A DNA stretch of 12,232 bases from the NCBI GenBank assembly GCA_045863335.1, contig BTVY01000049.1, positions 1 through 12,232 of the forward strand, given 5' to 3'. The first letter of the stretch is position 1; each line of letters opens with the position of its first letter. Below are positions 1-7,868 of this stretch, piece by piece. Below the pieces are notes generated by a model. That model made no database searches, was not told where the DNA came from, and was given only the letters and a program-made list of their open reading frames with translations. Origin of the DNA: Candidatus Hydrogenedentota bacterium. Lineage in GTDB: Bacteria > Hydrogenedentota > Hydrogenedentia > Hydrogenedentales > SLHB01. Position numbers and translations under genes: made by a program.

Positions 1-278
1 GCACCAAGCCTGTAACCAGTTGGAATTATTCAACTTTTAACCGGACACCAGTGATGCCCAATGTATATAATAGATTCCTTGTGTCGGTAATAAAATTCTC
101 TCCATTCTATAGACGCTCACAGCAAAAATTTCCCCCGAGGCAGATTTGATTCCATTTTGTCCCAACGACCCAATGTAATTGATATAACACACGGCCCTAC
201 GTGTAAAACTTGCCGCTTCCTGTGTCGAGACCTTTCCCGCGTAAGTGCGGCCCTCGCTCTAGGCTCCTGTTCAGTAGA

Positions 279-292
279 TCCAACATATTGGA
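279..292. promoter_or_regulatory. Palindrome TCCAA-CATA-TTGGA, candidate transcription factor site
   Basis: Perfect 5-bp inverted repeat with a 4-nt spacer, ending 14 nt upstream of the predicted -35 box. Confidence 0.4.
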
Positions 293-306
293 CATAATCT
301 GTCTCC

Positions 307-335
307 TTGCATAGATATAGGGCTTCTGCTATAAT
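307..335 (+). promoter_or_regulatory. Sigma70-type promoter for the five-gene operon
   Basis: TTGCAT (307-312), 17-nt spacer, perfect TATAAT (330-335), with extended -10 TG at 327-328. Predicted TSS about 342, about 110 nt before ATG 452. Confidence 0.7.
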
Positions 336-368
336 GGCCGCGATATATTGGGGATAAAATGCGGCCAT
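334..368. repeat. Inverted repeat ATGGCCGC-N19-GCGGCCAT overlapping the -10/TSS
   Basis: Perfect 8-bp arms at 334-341 and 361-368. Confidence 0.5.
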
Positions 369-369
369 G

Positions 370-387
370 GAGGGCACATGTCCCCTC
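370..387. promoter_or_regulatory. Near-perfect 18-bp palindrome GAGGGCACATGTCCCCTC in the 5' UTR (operator or hairpin)
   Basis: 16 of 18 positions match its own reverse complement. Confidence 0.4.
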
Positions 388-440
388 TATTGTGGTTTGT
401 GGGGAGAATGACCAAGCTCACCGACCAGGTCTCAAGCGGC

Positions 441-446
441 AAGGAG
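441..446 (+). promoter_or_regulatory. Ribosome binding site
   Basis: AAGGAG 5 nt upstream of ATG 452. Confidence 0.75.
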
Positions 447-451
447 TGGCC

Positions 452-2146
452 ATGAAGACTCGAAGTGCACTCGTTCACTTCCCCGGATATCCTTTTGATA
501 TAAATGCACTTATGCCAAGTCGCCACCTCGCCGTAGCGGCTGGCAGTCTTCTTGACGCAGGGCACACGACACGGATTTTTGACTATGGGACCGTCACGTC
601 AGTTGAAGAACTCCTCGAAGGGAAGCTGAGTGACCTTGCGCGATCTGTAAGCGAGTCCATTTTAGCCGACCCGGGCCTGAATCCGCTTCAAACACTCCAC
701 ACCTTGTGGCACATCCGGGCCTCGGACCGGCTGCTGGCGCGCAAGCTTGGAGCGCAATGCGAGACCGTCGCGCAACGGCTCGCCCATCAGCCCGGTCTAC
801 ACTTCGCGGGTTTGATGATTCGGGCGGTTGAAGATCTTCGATATGCGGCTCAGATTGCCCGTCGGCTCAAGGATAGCCGGCCGAAGCTGCGGGTCATCGC
901 GTTTGGACCCTTGGTCGACTTGTACGGGGACTACATTGCGCGAGAGTATCTTGAGTTTGACTGTCTTTGCTTGACCGATGTGGAACAGAGCCTCGTTGGT
1001 TTCGCCGAAAAAATTGACGCGCCGGAGATGTGGGCGTCCGTACCGAACATCGCGCTCGCCAACGGCCACTACCCGAAAGGCGATTCGCAACGGGACAGTC
1101 TTGGGTTGGGGAATTACCCTCCACCGGTGTACGAACCGGACACCTATCCGGCACTACGCTCCGGACAGAAACTGCGACTATTTGAACTCGAAGACAACCG
1201 GGGTTCGGTCGCGACATTTGCAGATCCTCGGACCCACCACGAAATGGCAGTGCGAATGAAGCCCGTCTCGGCCGTCTGCAACGAGATCTGGCGTATTGCG
1301 ACGCTCTACGGCGCGCGAGCGTTCAGCCTTTGCGGGCCAGCCGCTACGGCATCGCACATGACCGCCGTCGGCCACGAACTGCTCCGCCGGGGAACCGACA
1401 TCGTATACGCACGGTCGAGTGCGTGCCTGGGCGTCGTGCCCGCCATGTTCAGCGTACTCCGTGCTTCCGGGTGCGAAGTCATGTCGTTCTCTGTTGACAC
1501 GGGCAGTCAACGTCTCCTCGACGATTTCTTCGGACGGGGCGTGACCGTTACGGAATTGGAAACGATGTTGCGCGCAAGCCGCAGCGCCGGCCTATATACG
1601 ATCGCACGATTTGTTTACCCCTGCCCGGCTGATGACTACCACACCAAGGCAGAGACAATCCGGCTTGTGGAGCGTACGCGACCCGACGCGGCAGCCGTGG
1701 ACGTCCCTCAGGTGCATCCCCAATCGGAATGGTTCGAGCGGAGTGCGCACTACGGTTTTCGTGTCCAGCGCGAGCGGGCGCTGGCGCGCGCGATGGCGAG
1801 CGCCCGGCGTTTTCCCTTAATGGACAACCAATGGCCTACCCTACCATTCAGCGTTGCAGGATTGAGTTCCAGCCAGGTAATAGGAGAGAATCGGAGCCTT
1901 GTGGAAGAGTTGGAGCAGCGAGGCGTGCTCGCGTCCGCACCGCACGATCTCGTGCGGCTTGCGCGGCTGGCCGGGTACGAGAACCGGGAACGGCAGTTTG
2001 TGGCTCGCGCGCAGCACGAACTTCTCAGCGGGGACACTTCCGGGGTCGCCACCTTGGTAGACCAGTTCAACGAGGCCGTCTGCGTTTCGGCAAAAGGTGT
2101 CGCCTTGAAGCCGTACGAGCCGTCGCGCATGGCAGTAGGGAATTGA
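452..2146 (+). CDS. B12-binding domain / radical SAM-fold protein with degenerate Fe-S motif (probable pseudoenzyme), 564 aa
   Basis: The N-terminal blocks LVHFPG..MPSRHLAVAAGSLLDAGHTTRIFD and IARRLKDSRPKLRVIAFGP resemble the cobalamin-binding domain of class B radical SAM proteins. The blocks ELEDNRG, RMKPVSAVCNEI, LRASGC..FSVDTGSQRLL and RFVYPCPADD follow radical SAM core order. No CxxxCxxC is present. Start moved from 359 to 452 because of the RBS and promoter position. Confidence 0.75.
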   Translation: MKTRSALVHFPGYPFDINALMPSRHLAVAAGSLLDAGHTTRIFDYGTVTSVEELLEGKLSDLARSVSESILADPGLNPLQTLHTLWHIRASDRLLARKLGAQCETVAQRLAHQPGLHFAGLMIRAVEDLRYAAQIARRLKDSRPKLRVIAFGPLVDLYGDYIAREYLEFDCLCLTDVEQSLVGFAEKIDAPEMWASVPNIALANGHYPKGDSQRDSLGLGNYPPPVYEPDTYPALRSGQKLRLFELEDNRGSVATFADPRTHHEMAVRMKPVSAVCNEIWRIATLYGARAFSLCGPAATASHMTAVGHELLRRGTDIVYARSSACLGVVPAMFSVLRASGCEVMSFSVDTGSQRLLDDFFGRGVTVTELETMLRASRSAGLYTIARFVYPCPADDYHTKAETIRLVERTRPDAAAVDVPQVHPQSEWFERSAHYGFRVQRERALARAMASARRFPLMDNQWPTLPFSVAGLSSSQVIGENRSLVEELEQRGVLASAPHDLVRLARLAGYENRERQFVARAQHELLSGDTSGVATLVDQFNEAVCVSAKGVALKPYEPSRMAVGN

Positions 2147-2149
2147 TGG

Positions 2150-3394
2150 ATGCATCCACGGACCGTTGTCATCACCGGATTTGGCATTCTCGCGTGCAAT
2201 GGCCTCGGACGGAAGGCGTTTTGGAACTCACTAAGAGACGGCAAATCCGGAATCCGCCGGATCGAGCGGTTCGATCCGGCGCCGTTTCCCTGCCAGATTG
2301 CGGGCGAGCTTTGGGGGTTTGACGCGCACGACTACCTGAAGAAGGCGGATGTGAAGCGGTGGCACCGCTACGTTCATCAGGCGGTTGCCAGCGCCAAGCT
2401 TGCGGCCGAGGACGCGCTCCTCGCCGAAGCCGGCTACGAGCCCGAGCGCGTTGCCGTGGGCTTCGGCACCAGCGCCGGCGCGCCGGATGAGTACTACATG
2501 AAGTACCGCGACTCCTTCGAGAATGGCGGCTGGAGCAAAATCGACAAACTGGCCTCGTCCACTTCATCCGGCCATGCAGCCACGGCCAATGTTTCGGCAG
2601 TACTGCAAGCCCGGGGCCCGGCCACGACATTGGCGAGCGGCTGCGCGACGGGACTCGACATCATCTCTTGGGGCGCTATGCAGATTCAGCGGGGACTGGC
2701 CGATGCGGCCATATGCGGCGCATCCGAGGCGCCGCTCACTGAATTGACCCTGGCGGCAACCTGTTCCCTCGGCATCCTTTCAAAACGAAACGACGAGCCC
2801 GCCAAGGCGATGCGCCCTTTTGACCGCGACAGCGACGGAATCGTATTGAGCGAAGGGGCCGGCGCGGTCATCCTGGAATCAGCCGAGCACGCCGAAGCGC
2901 GCGGCGCTCCAATCCTGGCGGAAGTCGCGGGGTATGGCGCGGCCGCGGAAGGAAACAACCCGCTCATCCTGGATAAGGACGGCCGCGCGTTGGCCCGAGC
3001 GATCCGCGCGGCGATTCAGGCGGCGGGCACCAGTGCCGAGGAAATTGAAGGCGCGGCCTGTCACGGGGTCTCGCTACCCGCGTACGACCGAAGCGAAACC
3101 AACGCGTTCAAAGATGCGCTGGGGAAGCACGCGTACCGGATCCCGATTACGGCATGCAAATCCATGACCGGACAACCCTATTCCGCGGGCGGGATCTTCA
3201 ACGTTGGAACCGCACTATTTACACTCACCACGGGCATCGTCCCCCCAACGATCAATCTCGACGAGCCGGATCCCGTATGTGATCTGGATTTCGTTCCAAA
3301 ACATGCGCGGTATAATGACGTACGGGCCATGCTCGTAACGGCCATGAGTTTTGGAGGCACCCACGGGGCGCTCATCATGCGAAAGAGGAACTGA
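2150..3394 (+). CDS. fabF: Beta-ketoacyl-ACP synthase II (FabF)-like ketosynthase, divergent
   Basis: VVITGFG, SGCATG (Cys165), RPFDRDSDGIVLSEGAG, CHG (His305), KSMTGQ (Lys337, Gln342), PPTINLDEPDP, SFGG. The length of 414 aa is typical of FabF. Probably a paralog rather than the housekeeping copy. Confidence 0.85.
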   Translation: MHPRTVVITGFGILACNGLGRKAFWNSLRDGKSGIRRIERFDPAPFPCQIAGELWGFDAHDYLKKADVKRWHRYVHQAVASAKLAAEDALLAEAGYEPERVAVGFGTSAGAPDEYYMKYRDSFENGGWSKIDKLASSTSSGHAATANVSAVLQARGPATTLASGCATGLDIISWGAMQIQRGLADAAICGASEAPLTELTLAATCSLGILSKRNDEPAKAMRPFDRDSDGIVLSEGAGAVILESAEHAEARGAPILAEVAGYGAAAEGNNPLILDKDGRALARAIRAAIQAAGTSAEEIEGAACHGVSLPAYDRSETNAFKDALGKHAYRIPITACKSMTGQPYSAGGIFNVGTALFTLTTGIVPPTINLDEPDPVCDLDFVPKHARYNDVRAMLVTAMSFGGTHGALIMRKRN

Positions 3395-5904
3395 TGCATG
3401 ACGGCGTAACGTCCTTCTTTCTGATTCTCTCTGCGGCTTCGTCGATTGTACTGGCCGCAATCGTCTTGGTGCGCAATCCCCGCCGTACAACCAACATCGC
3501 GTTCGGTCTGCTAAACCTCAACCTGGTGCTTTGGACGCTTGGGGTCTTTTCCATTACGCACACCACCGACCCCAATACGACCGTGTTCTGCATTCGCCTG
3601 ACCTTCGCCGTGTCTTGTTTCCTCCCCGCCACGTTCTACTTGTTTATCGGTTTTTTCCCCCGGGGCGTTTTCGACGGGATCAAGAGTCTATTCGCATTTT
3701 ACTGCGTAAGCGGCGTCGTCATGAGCGTCCTTGCGATCGTACCGGGGCCCTGGTATCTGGACGATGTCGCCGTCTCGGAAACCGGCCTTCCACTTCCGGA
3801 CTATGGCCCCGTGTTTCAGGCGTTTTTCATCATCTGCGCGTTTACGTTTATCGTCCTGCACGTCAATCTGTTCCGAAAACTCCGCGGCGCCTCCGGAATC
3901 GCGCGCCGCCAGATTCAACACGTGCTGCTGGGGATATTCGCTACGACGTTATTTGCATTCTCGACCAACATCATGGGGCCTTTGCTCGGCGTCCGGTCGC
4001 TGGAGGAATACGGGCCTGTCTTCGTCATGCTCATGACAGCCGCCTTCGCCTACGCAATGGTGCGTTACCACCTCATGGACATCTGGGTGATCTTCTCGAC
4101 GACGACGGTCTACGCAGTGTCAACGGTCGTCGTCATTCTGGTGTTTTTAAGCACCATTTCGTTGGTGCACTGGTCCCTGAGGTCGCGCAGTGGCGCCAGT
4201 GAAGTCATCTCGACAATTCTGGCAGCAATCGTGATCGTGTTAATCCTGGAACCGCTTAAGGAGCGGGTCCAGCTCTTGCTGAACCGAACCGTGTTAAAAC
4301 GGCACTACGACGTCAACAAGTTGCTCGCGCGCACGAGCCGGCATGCCGCCGAGTGCGTCGTGCTGGACGAACTTCTCCGGACGATCTGCGAAGATATCCG
4401 GAATACCGTTGGCGCCAGCGTCGTGCGCGCACTCCTGATTGACGAACGAGACAACAACACCCTCGTCACGGAGTACTCCAGCCGGGGGAAAGAAGCGGGC
4501 AAAAGGGATTCCGACTACACGCCCTTATTGGAGTACCTGCGGCAGCACAACGAACCGCTGTTGCTCGAGGCTATCGTTCATTCGCGAGTCACCCCCGAAC
4601 GAGCCCAACTCGCGGAGATGCTCGCGGAGTTGGACGCGTACCTTTGCCTGCCCCTCAAGCGAACCACCGGGCTCGTTGGTGTGCTTGCCTTAGGGCAAAA
4701 GCTCTCGCGCGACATCTATTCCTCCGACGACGTGGTGGCGTTTACCGCGTTGGCGACACCGCTCACCACGGCAATCGAAAACGCCCGGCTCTACAAGAAA
4801 CTCGACGAGGCGAACCAGCACCGCGCGAGAATCCTCAGCAATATGCGGGGCGGTGTCGTCGCAGTGGATACGGAAGGGCTCGTAACAACGGTCAATGCCG
4901 GCGCTATCGAGATTCTTGGCCCCATCGAAATCGGGCAGCACATGAGCGCGATTACGCCGCAAGTCGCACGGATCCTCCAGCGGACGCTGGAGGACGGTCG
5001 CGCCATCAGTGACTACGAGACGATTCTCGTGGGGCCGGGCGCGGAACGGATCCCCGTGGTCATGTCGTCGTCGTGCCTTCAGGTTGGCGACGGAGACATC
5101 ACCGGGTCCATGGTCGTCTTGTACAACCTCACGCAGGTCAAACGGCTGGAGCAGAACGTCCAGCGCGCCCATCGGCTCTCATCCGTCGGCACCCTGGCCG
5201 CCGGAATGGCGCATGAAATCAAGAACCCCCTCGTGTCCATCAAGACCTTCAGCCAACTGCTTCTGGAACGATACGATGACCCGGACTTTCGCAATACGTT
5301 CACGGATATTGTCCCCCACGAGGTCGAGCGGATCGACTCCATCGTAACCCGCCTGCTCCACTTCGCCCGGCCCCGCCCGGCGAGTTTTGCGCATCACAAC
5401 CTACGTGCTATTATCGAGGAGGTTCTCGTACTGGTAGAGAACCAGATGCGGAAGGGGAACATCACCGTTGAGACCGACTTTCCCGGCCCCGAAGTGGGGG
5501 TGTATGGCGACGAGCAACTTCTGCACCAGGTTTTCCTCAACCTGGTGCTCAACGCCATCGACGCCATGAAAGACATGGGAACGGGGGCCAAGTTGGTCAT
5601 TCGCGCCGAATACGGTCGCATGGTGCTCCGGCGGAACGGTCACGAACCGCAGCCGGACGCGGACTGCGTAAAGGTCTCCCTTTCCGACTCGGGTGTTGGA
5701 ATCAGCTCGGAAAGCCTGGAGCGGATTTTCACCCCGTTCTACACGACGAAAGACGACGGCACTGGATTGGGGTTGGCTGTTGTCCACGGCATCGTGACTG
5801 AACACGGCGGCTCCATCTATGTCGAGAGCGATCCTGGGGAGGGGAGTACCTTCGTGATTACGCTGCCGTCGGCGAGGGTTATGTCAGGGGTCAAGGGCGA
5901 TTAG
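3394..5904 (+). CDS. Membrane sensor histidine kinase (multi-TM N-terminus, GAF, PAS, HisKA, HATPase_c)
   Basis: About 290 aa hydrophobic N-terminus resembling HisKA_7TM-type sensors. GAF ends in AIENARLY; PAS has GGVVAVD..VN. H-box AHEIKNPL (His607), N-box QVFLNLVLNAIDAM, G1 DSGVGI, F-box IFTPFYTTK, G2 GTGLGL. TGATG overlap with the upstream gene. Confidence 0.93.
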   Translation: MHDGVTSFFLILSAASSIVLAAIVLVRNPRRTTNIAFGLLNLNLVLWTLGVFSITHTTDPNTTVFCIRLTFAVSCFLPATFYLFIGFFPRGVFDGIKSLFAFYCVSGVVMSVLAIVPGPWYLDDVAVSETGLPLPDYGPVFQAFFIICAFTFIVLHVNLFRKLRGASGIARRQIQHVLLGIFATTLFAFSTNIMGPLLGVRSLEEYGPVFVMLMTAAFAYAMVRYHLMDIWVIFSTTTVYAVSTVVVILVFLSTISLVHWSLRSRSGASEVISTILAAIVIVLILEPLKERVQLLLNRTVLKRHYDVNKLLARTSRHAAECVVLDELLRTICEDIRNTVGASVVRALLIDERDNNTLVTEYSSRGKEAGKRDSDYTPLLEYLRQHNEPLLLEAIVHSRVTPERAQLAEMLAELDAYLCLPLKRTTGLVGVLALGQKLSRDIYSSDDVVAFTALATPLTTAIENARLYKKLDEANQHRARILSNMRGGVVAVDTEGLVTTVNAGAIEILGPIEIGQHMSAITPQVARILQRTLEDGRAISDYETILVGPGAERIPVVMSSSCLQVGDGDITGSMVVLYNLTQVKRLEQNVQRAHRLSSVGTLAAGMAHEIKNPLVSIKTFSQLLLERYDDPDFRNTFTDIVPHEVERIDSIVTRLLHFARPRPASFAHHNLRAIIEEVLVLVENQMRKGNITVETDFPGPEVGVYGDEQLLHQVFLNLVLNAIDAMKDMGTGAKLVIRAEYGRMVLRRNGHEPQPDADCVKVSLSDSGVGISSESLERIFTPFYTTKDDGTGLGLAVVHGIVTEHGGSIYVESDPGEGSTFVITLPSARVMSGVKGD

Positions 5905-5906
5905 GC

Positions 5907-7868
5907 ATGCACGTGGTCTTGGTCATAGCAGAAGAGCGCGCGATTCGAGAGGCCATCAGCGCCTCCCTGCGTGACACGTGCCATACGGTCTTCGAATCCG
6001 AGGTGGACGCGGCGCTCCGCAGGCTCATCTCGATCCACGCCGATGCGATCATTCTCGATGACACGCCGCGACTGGGCGTGACCGCACTCACCCAGGTCCG
6101 TAAAGCGGCGCCTCATTTGCCCCTGATCGCGCTGTCGGCGCGCGGGGATTCGGAAACCCGCGCGGGTTTTATGCTGGCAGGCGCCGCGGCATGTCTCCCA
6201 AAACCATTCTCGTACGAGGAACTTCTCGGCGCCCTGAACCAGATCATCGATACTCAGGAAGTCTCGCTCGAGTCCGTACCCGTGCAGGTGAGCGAACCTT
6301 CCAACACGGCTATCATCAACCAGTACCAGACGGCCATGCGGTGGATGAACCGCTTCATGTCGAGCATGGAAGATACCGGACGCCTCGAGTACGTCCTGGC
6401 GGACGCTCTTGTCGATGTATTCGACCCGTCCCGGTGCGCGGTGTTGCTCGATCGGGACGGCGCGGTTCGCGTCGCGGCAAGCCACGGCGTTGCTGCCGGG
6501 GTGGCGCAAACCCTGCGCCTCGAGTATGCGTCCGGGCTGATGCGCTGGTTTGAAGTCAACCCATATCTCATCGACAAAGCGAGTGCTCGATCAGCGTCCG
6601 CGGCCAAGGAATTGCACCTCCTGGGAGCCCGCCTGGGCGTACCCGTGTTGTGCGGTGGCCGCGTTATGGGCACGCTCGTCATTGGCGACAAAGCCTCGGG
6701 GCGTGAATACAGCGCAGAAGAGCGCGAACTGCTCACCACCATGGCCCGGGCGGCCGGAACGGCCCTGGAGAATGCGGGGCTACATCATGACCTGGCAGGA
6801 CAGCAAGGGCATCTGACGACGGTTCTGGAGCATCTCGCCTCCGGCGTGGTCGTGGTGGGCGGCGACAAAACGATTCGCCTCCTGAACCAGAGCGCCGAAC
6901 GCATCCTCCAGATGCGCGCCGTCGATCTGATCGGGCGAAGCGTCCAGAAACTGGGCTCGGGGTTTGCCGACATCGTGCTGCGCGTTTTGATGAACCGCAA
7001 ACCGTTGCTTCGGCAAGAGGTCCGCGACGCGGCCATCAATGCGACCCTGGGGTTGAGCGCCGCGCCCCTCGGCGATGAAGGCGTGGTCGTCATTTTCTCG
7101 GCCTTGCCGAAACGCCAGCGCGCCAAGGACGACGTCGAATACAGCCCCTACTGGGAATATCTGTCGGCGCGGGTCGCTCAGGAAATCAAGAACCCGCTGG
7201 TGGCGATCAACACCTTTGCCCAACTGTTGCCGCGCAAGTATGAATCGGAGGACTTCCGGGAACAGTTTGGCGAAGTCATGCAGAAGGAAGTGGATCGCAT
7301 CAACCGCGTCGTGGAAACGCTCTTCGACTTCGCGCGCCATCCGCGGCTTGTACTGCAGACTTCCAGCGTGAACGAGGTCGTTGCCAGCGTGCTGGACACG
7401 TTCGAAGATGAGGCAAAGAATCGCGGCATCACGATCGAACGCAAACTCGACTCCAATCTGCCCAATGCCAATCTTGATCCGTTGTTTTTCTCGCAGGCGA
7501 TCCACAACGTCGTTCAGAACGCCTTCGACGCCATGCCGACCGGCGGCAAGCTCAAGGTGGTGAGCCGCCCGAGAGACGAAGGCAGTGAAATTGTCATCGC
7601 GGACACGGGCTCTGGAATCCCCGAGCAGGTCGCGCCGCTGGTGTTCTTGCCCTTCTTTGGAACCCGCGAATATGGGATGGGTCTGGGGCTTACCGTGGCC
7701 AACCGCATTGCAAAACAACACCATGGCGAGCTAAAACTACTGTCAAGCGATTCGGGAAGCGTGTTCGCCTTTCGAATTCCTCGCGCCGACGGACAACAAG
7801 CGCCGCCGGAAACCGCAGATGAAATCAGGCAAGACCAGAACCTCCCCCTGGCATCGGGCATCGTGTAG
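5907..7868 (+). CDS. Soluble hybrid REC-GAF-PAS-histidine kinase-like protein lacking the phosphoacceptor His
   Basis: Receiver with IILDD (Asp51), ALSA and KPF. GAF ends in ALENAGLH; PAS has SGVVVVG..LNQSAERIL. H-box reads AQEIKNPL. N-box NVVQNAFDAM, DTGSGI, VFLPFF and GMGLGL are present. No TM segment is evident. Confidence 0.88.
   Translation: MHVVLVIAEERAIREAISASLRDTCHTVFESEVDAALRRLISIHADAIILDDTPRLGVTALTQVRKAAPHLPLIALSARGDSETRAGFMLAGAAACLPKPFSYEELLGALNQIIDTQEVSLESVPVQVSEPSNTAIINQYQTAMRWMNRFMSSMEDTGRLEYVLADALVDVFDPSRCAVLLDRDGAVRVAASHGVAAGVAQTLRLEYASGLMRWFEVNPYLIDKASARSASAAKELHLLGARLGVPVLCGGRVMGTLVIGDKASGREYSAEERELLTTMARAAGTALENAGLHHDLAGQQGHLTTVLEHLASGVVVVGGDKTIRLLNQSAERILQMRAVDLIGRSVQKLGSGFADIVLRVLMNRKPLLRQEVRDAAINATLGLSAAPLGDEGVVVIFSALPKRQRAKDDVEYSPYWEYLSARVAQEIKNPLVAINTFAQLLPRKYESEDFREQFGEVMQKEVDRINRVVETLFDFARHPRLVLQTSSVNEVVASVLDTFEDEAKNRGITIERKLDSNLPNANLDPLFFSQAIHNVVQNAFDAMPTGGKLKVVSRPRDEGSEIVIADTGSGIPEQVAPLVFLPFFGTREYGMGLGLTVANRIAKQHHGELKLLSSDSGSVFAFRIPRADGQQAPPETADEIRQDQNLPLASGIV

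Noticed and set aside
121-137. Possible minus-strand sigma54 promoter (GG-N10-GC with TTGC)
   Set aside because: The -24 element lacks the TGGCAC context and the GG comes from a G run.
117-377. 86-aa minus-strand ORF in the upstream region
   Set aside because: It lies across the promoter and has no recognisable domain or clear RBS. A small protein cannot be fully excluded.
359-451. Longer N-terminus of the first ORF starting at ATG 359
   Set aside because: The RBS at 441-446 and the start of the recognisable domain point to ATG 452. The extension overlaps the palindromic leader.
452-3394. Calling the first two genes pseudogenes, or a type II PKS/RiPP cluster
   Set aside because: There are no frameshifts or internal stops and translational coupling is intact. 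No ACP, chain length factor partner, tailoring genes or precursor peptide appear in the window.
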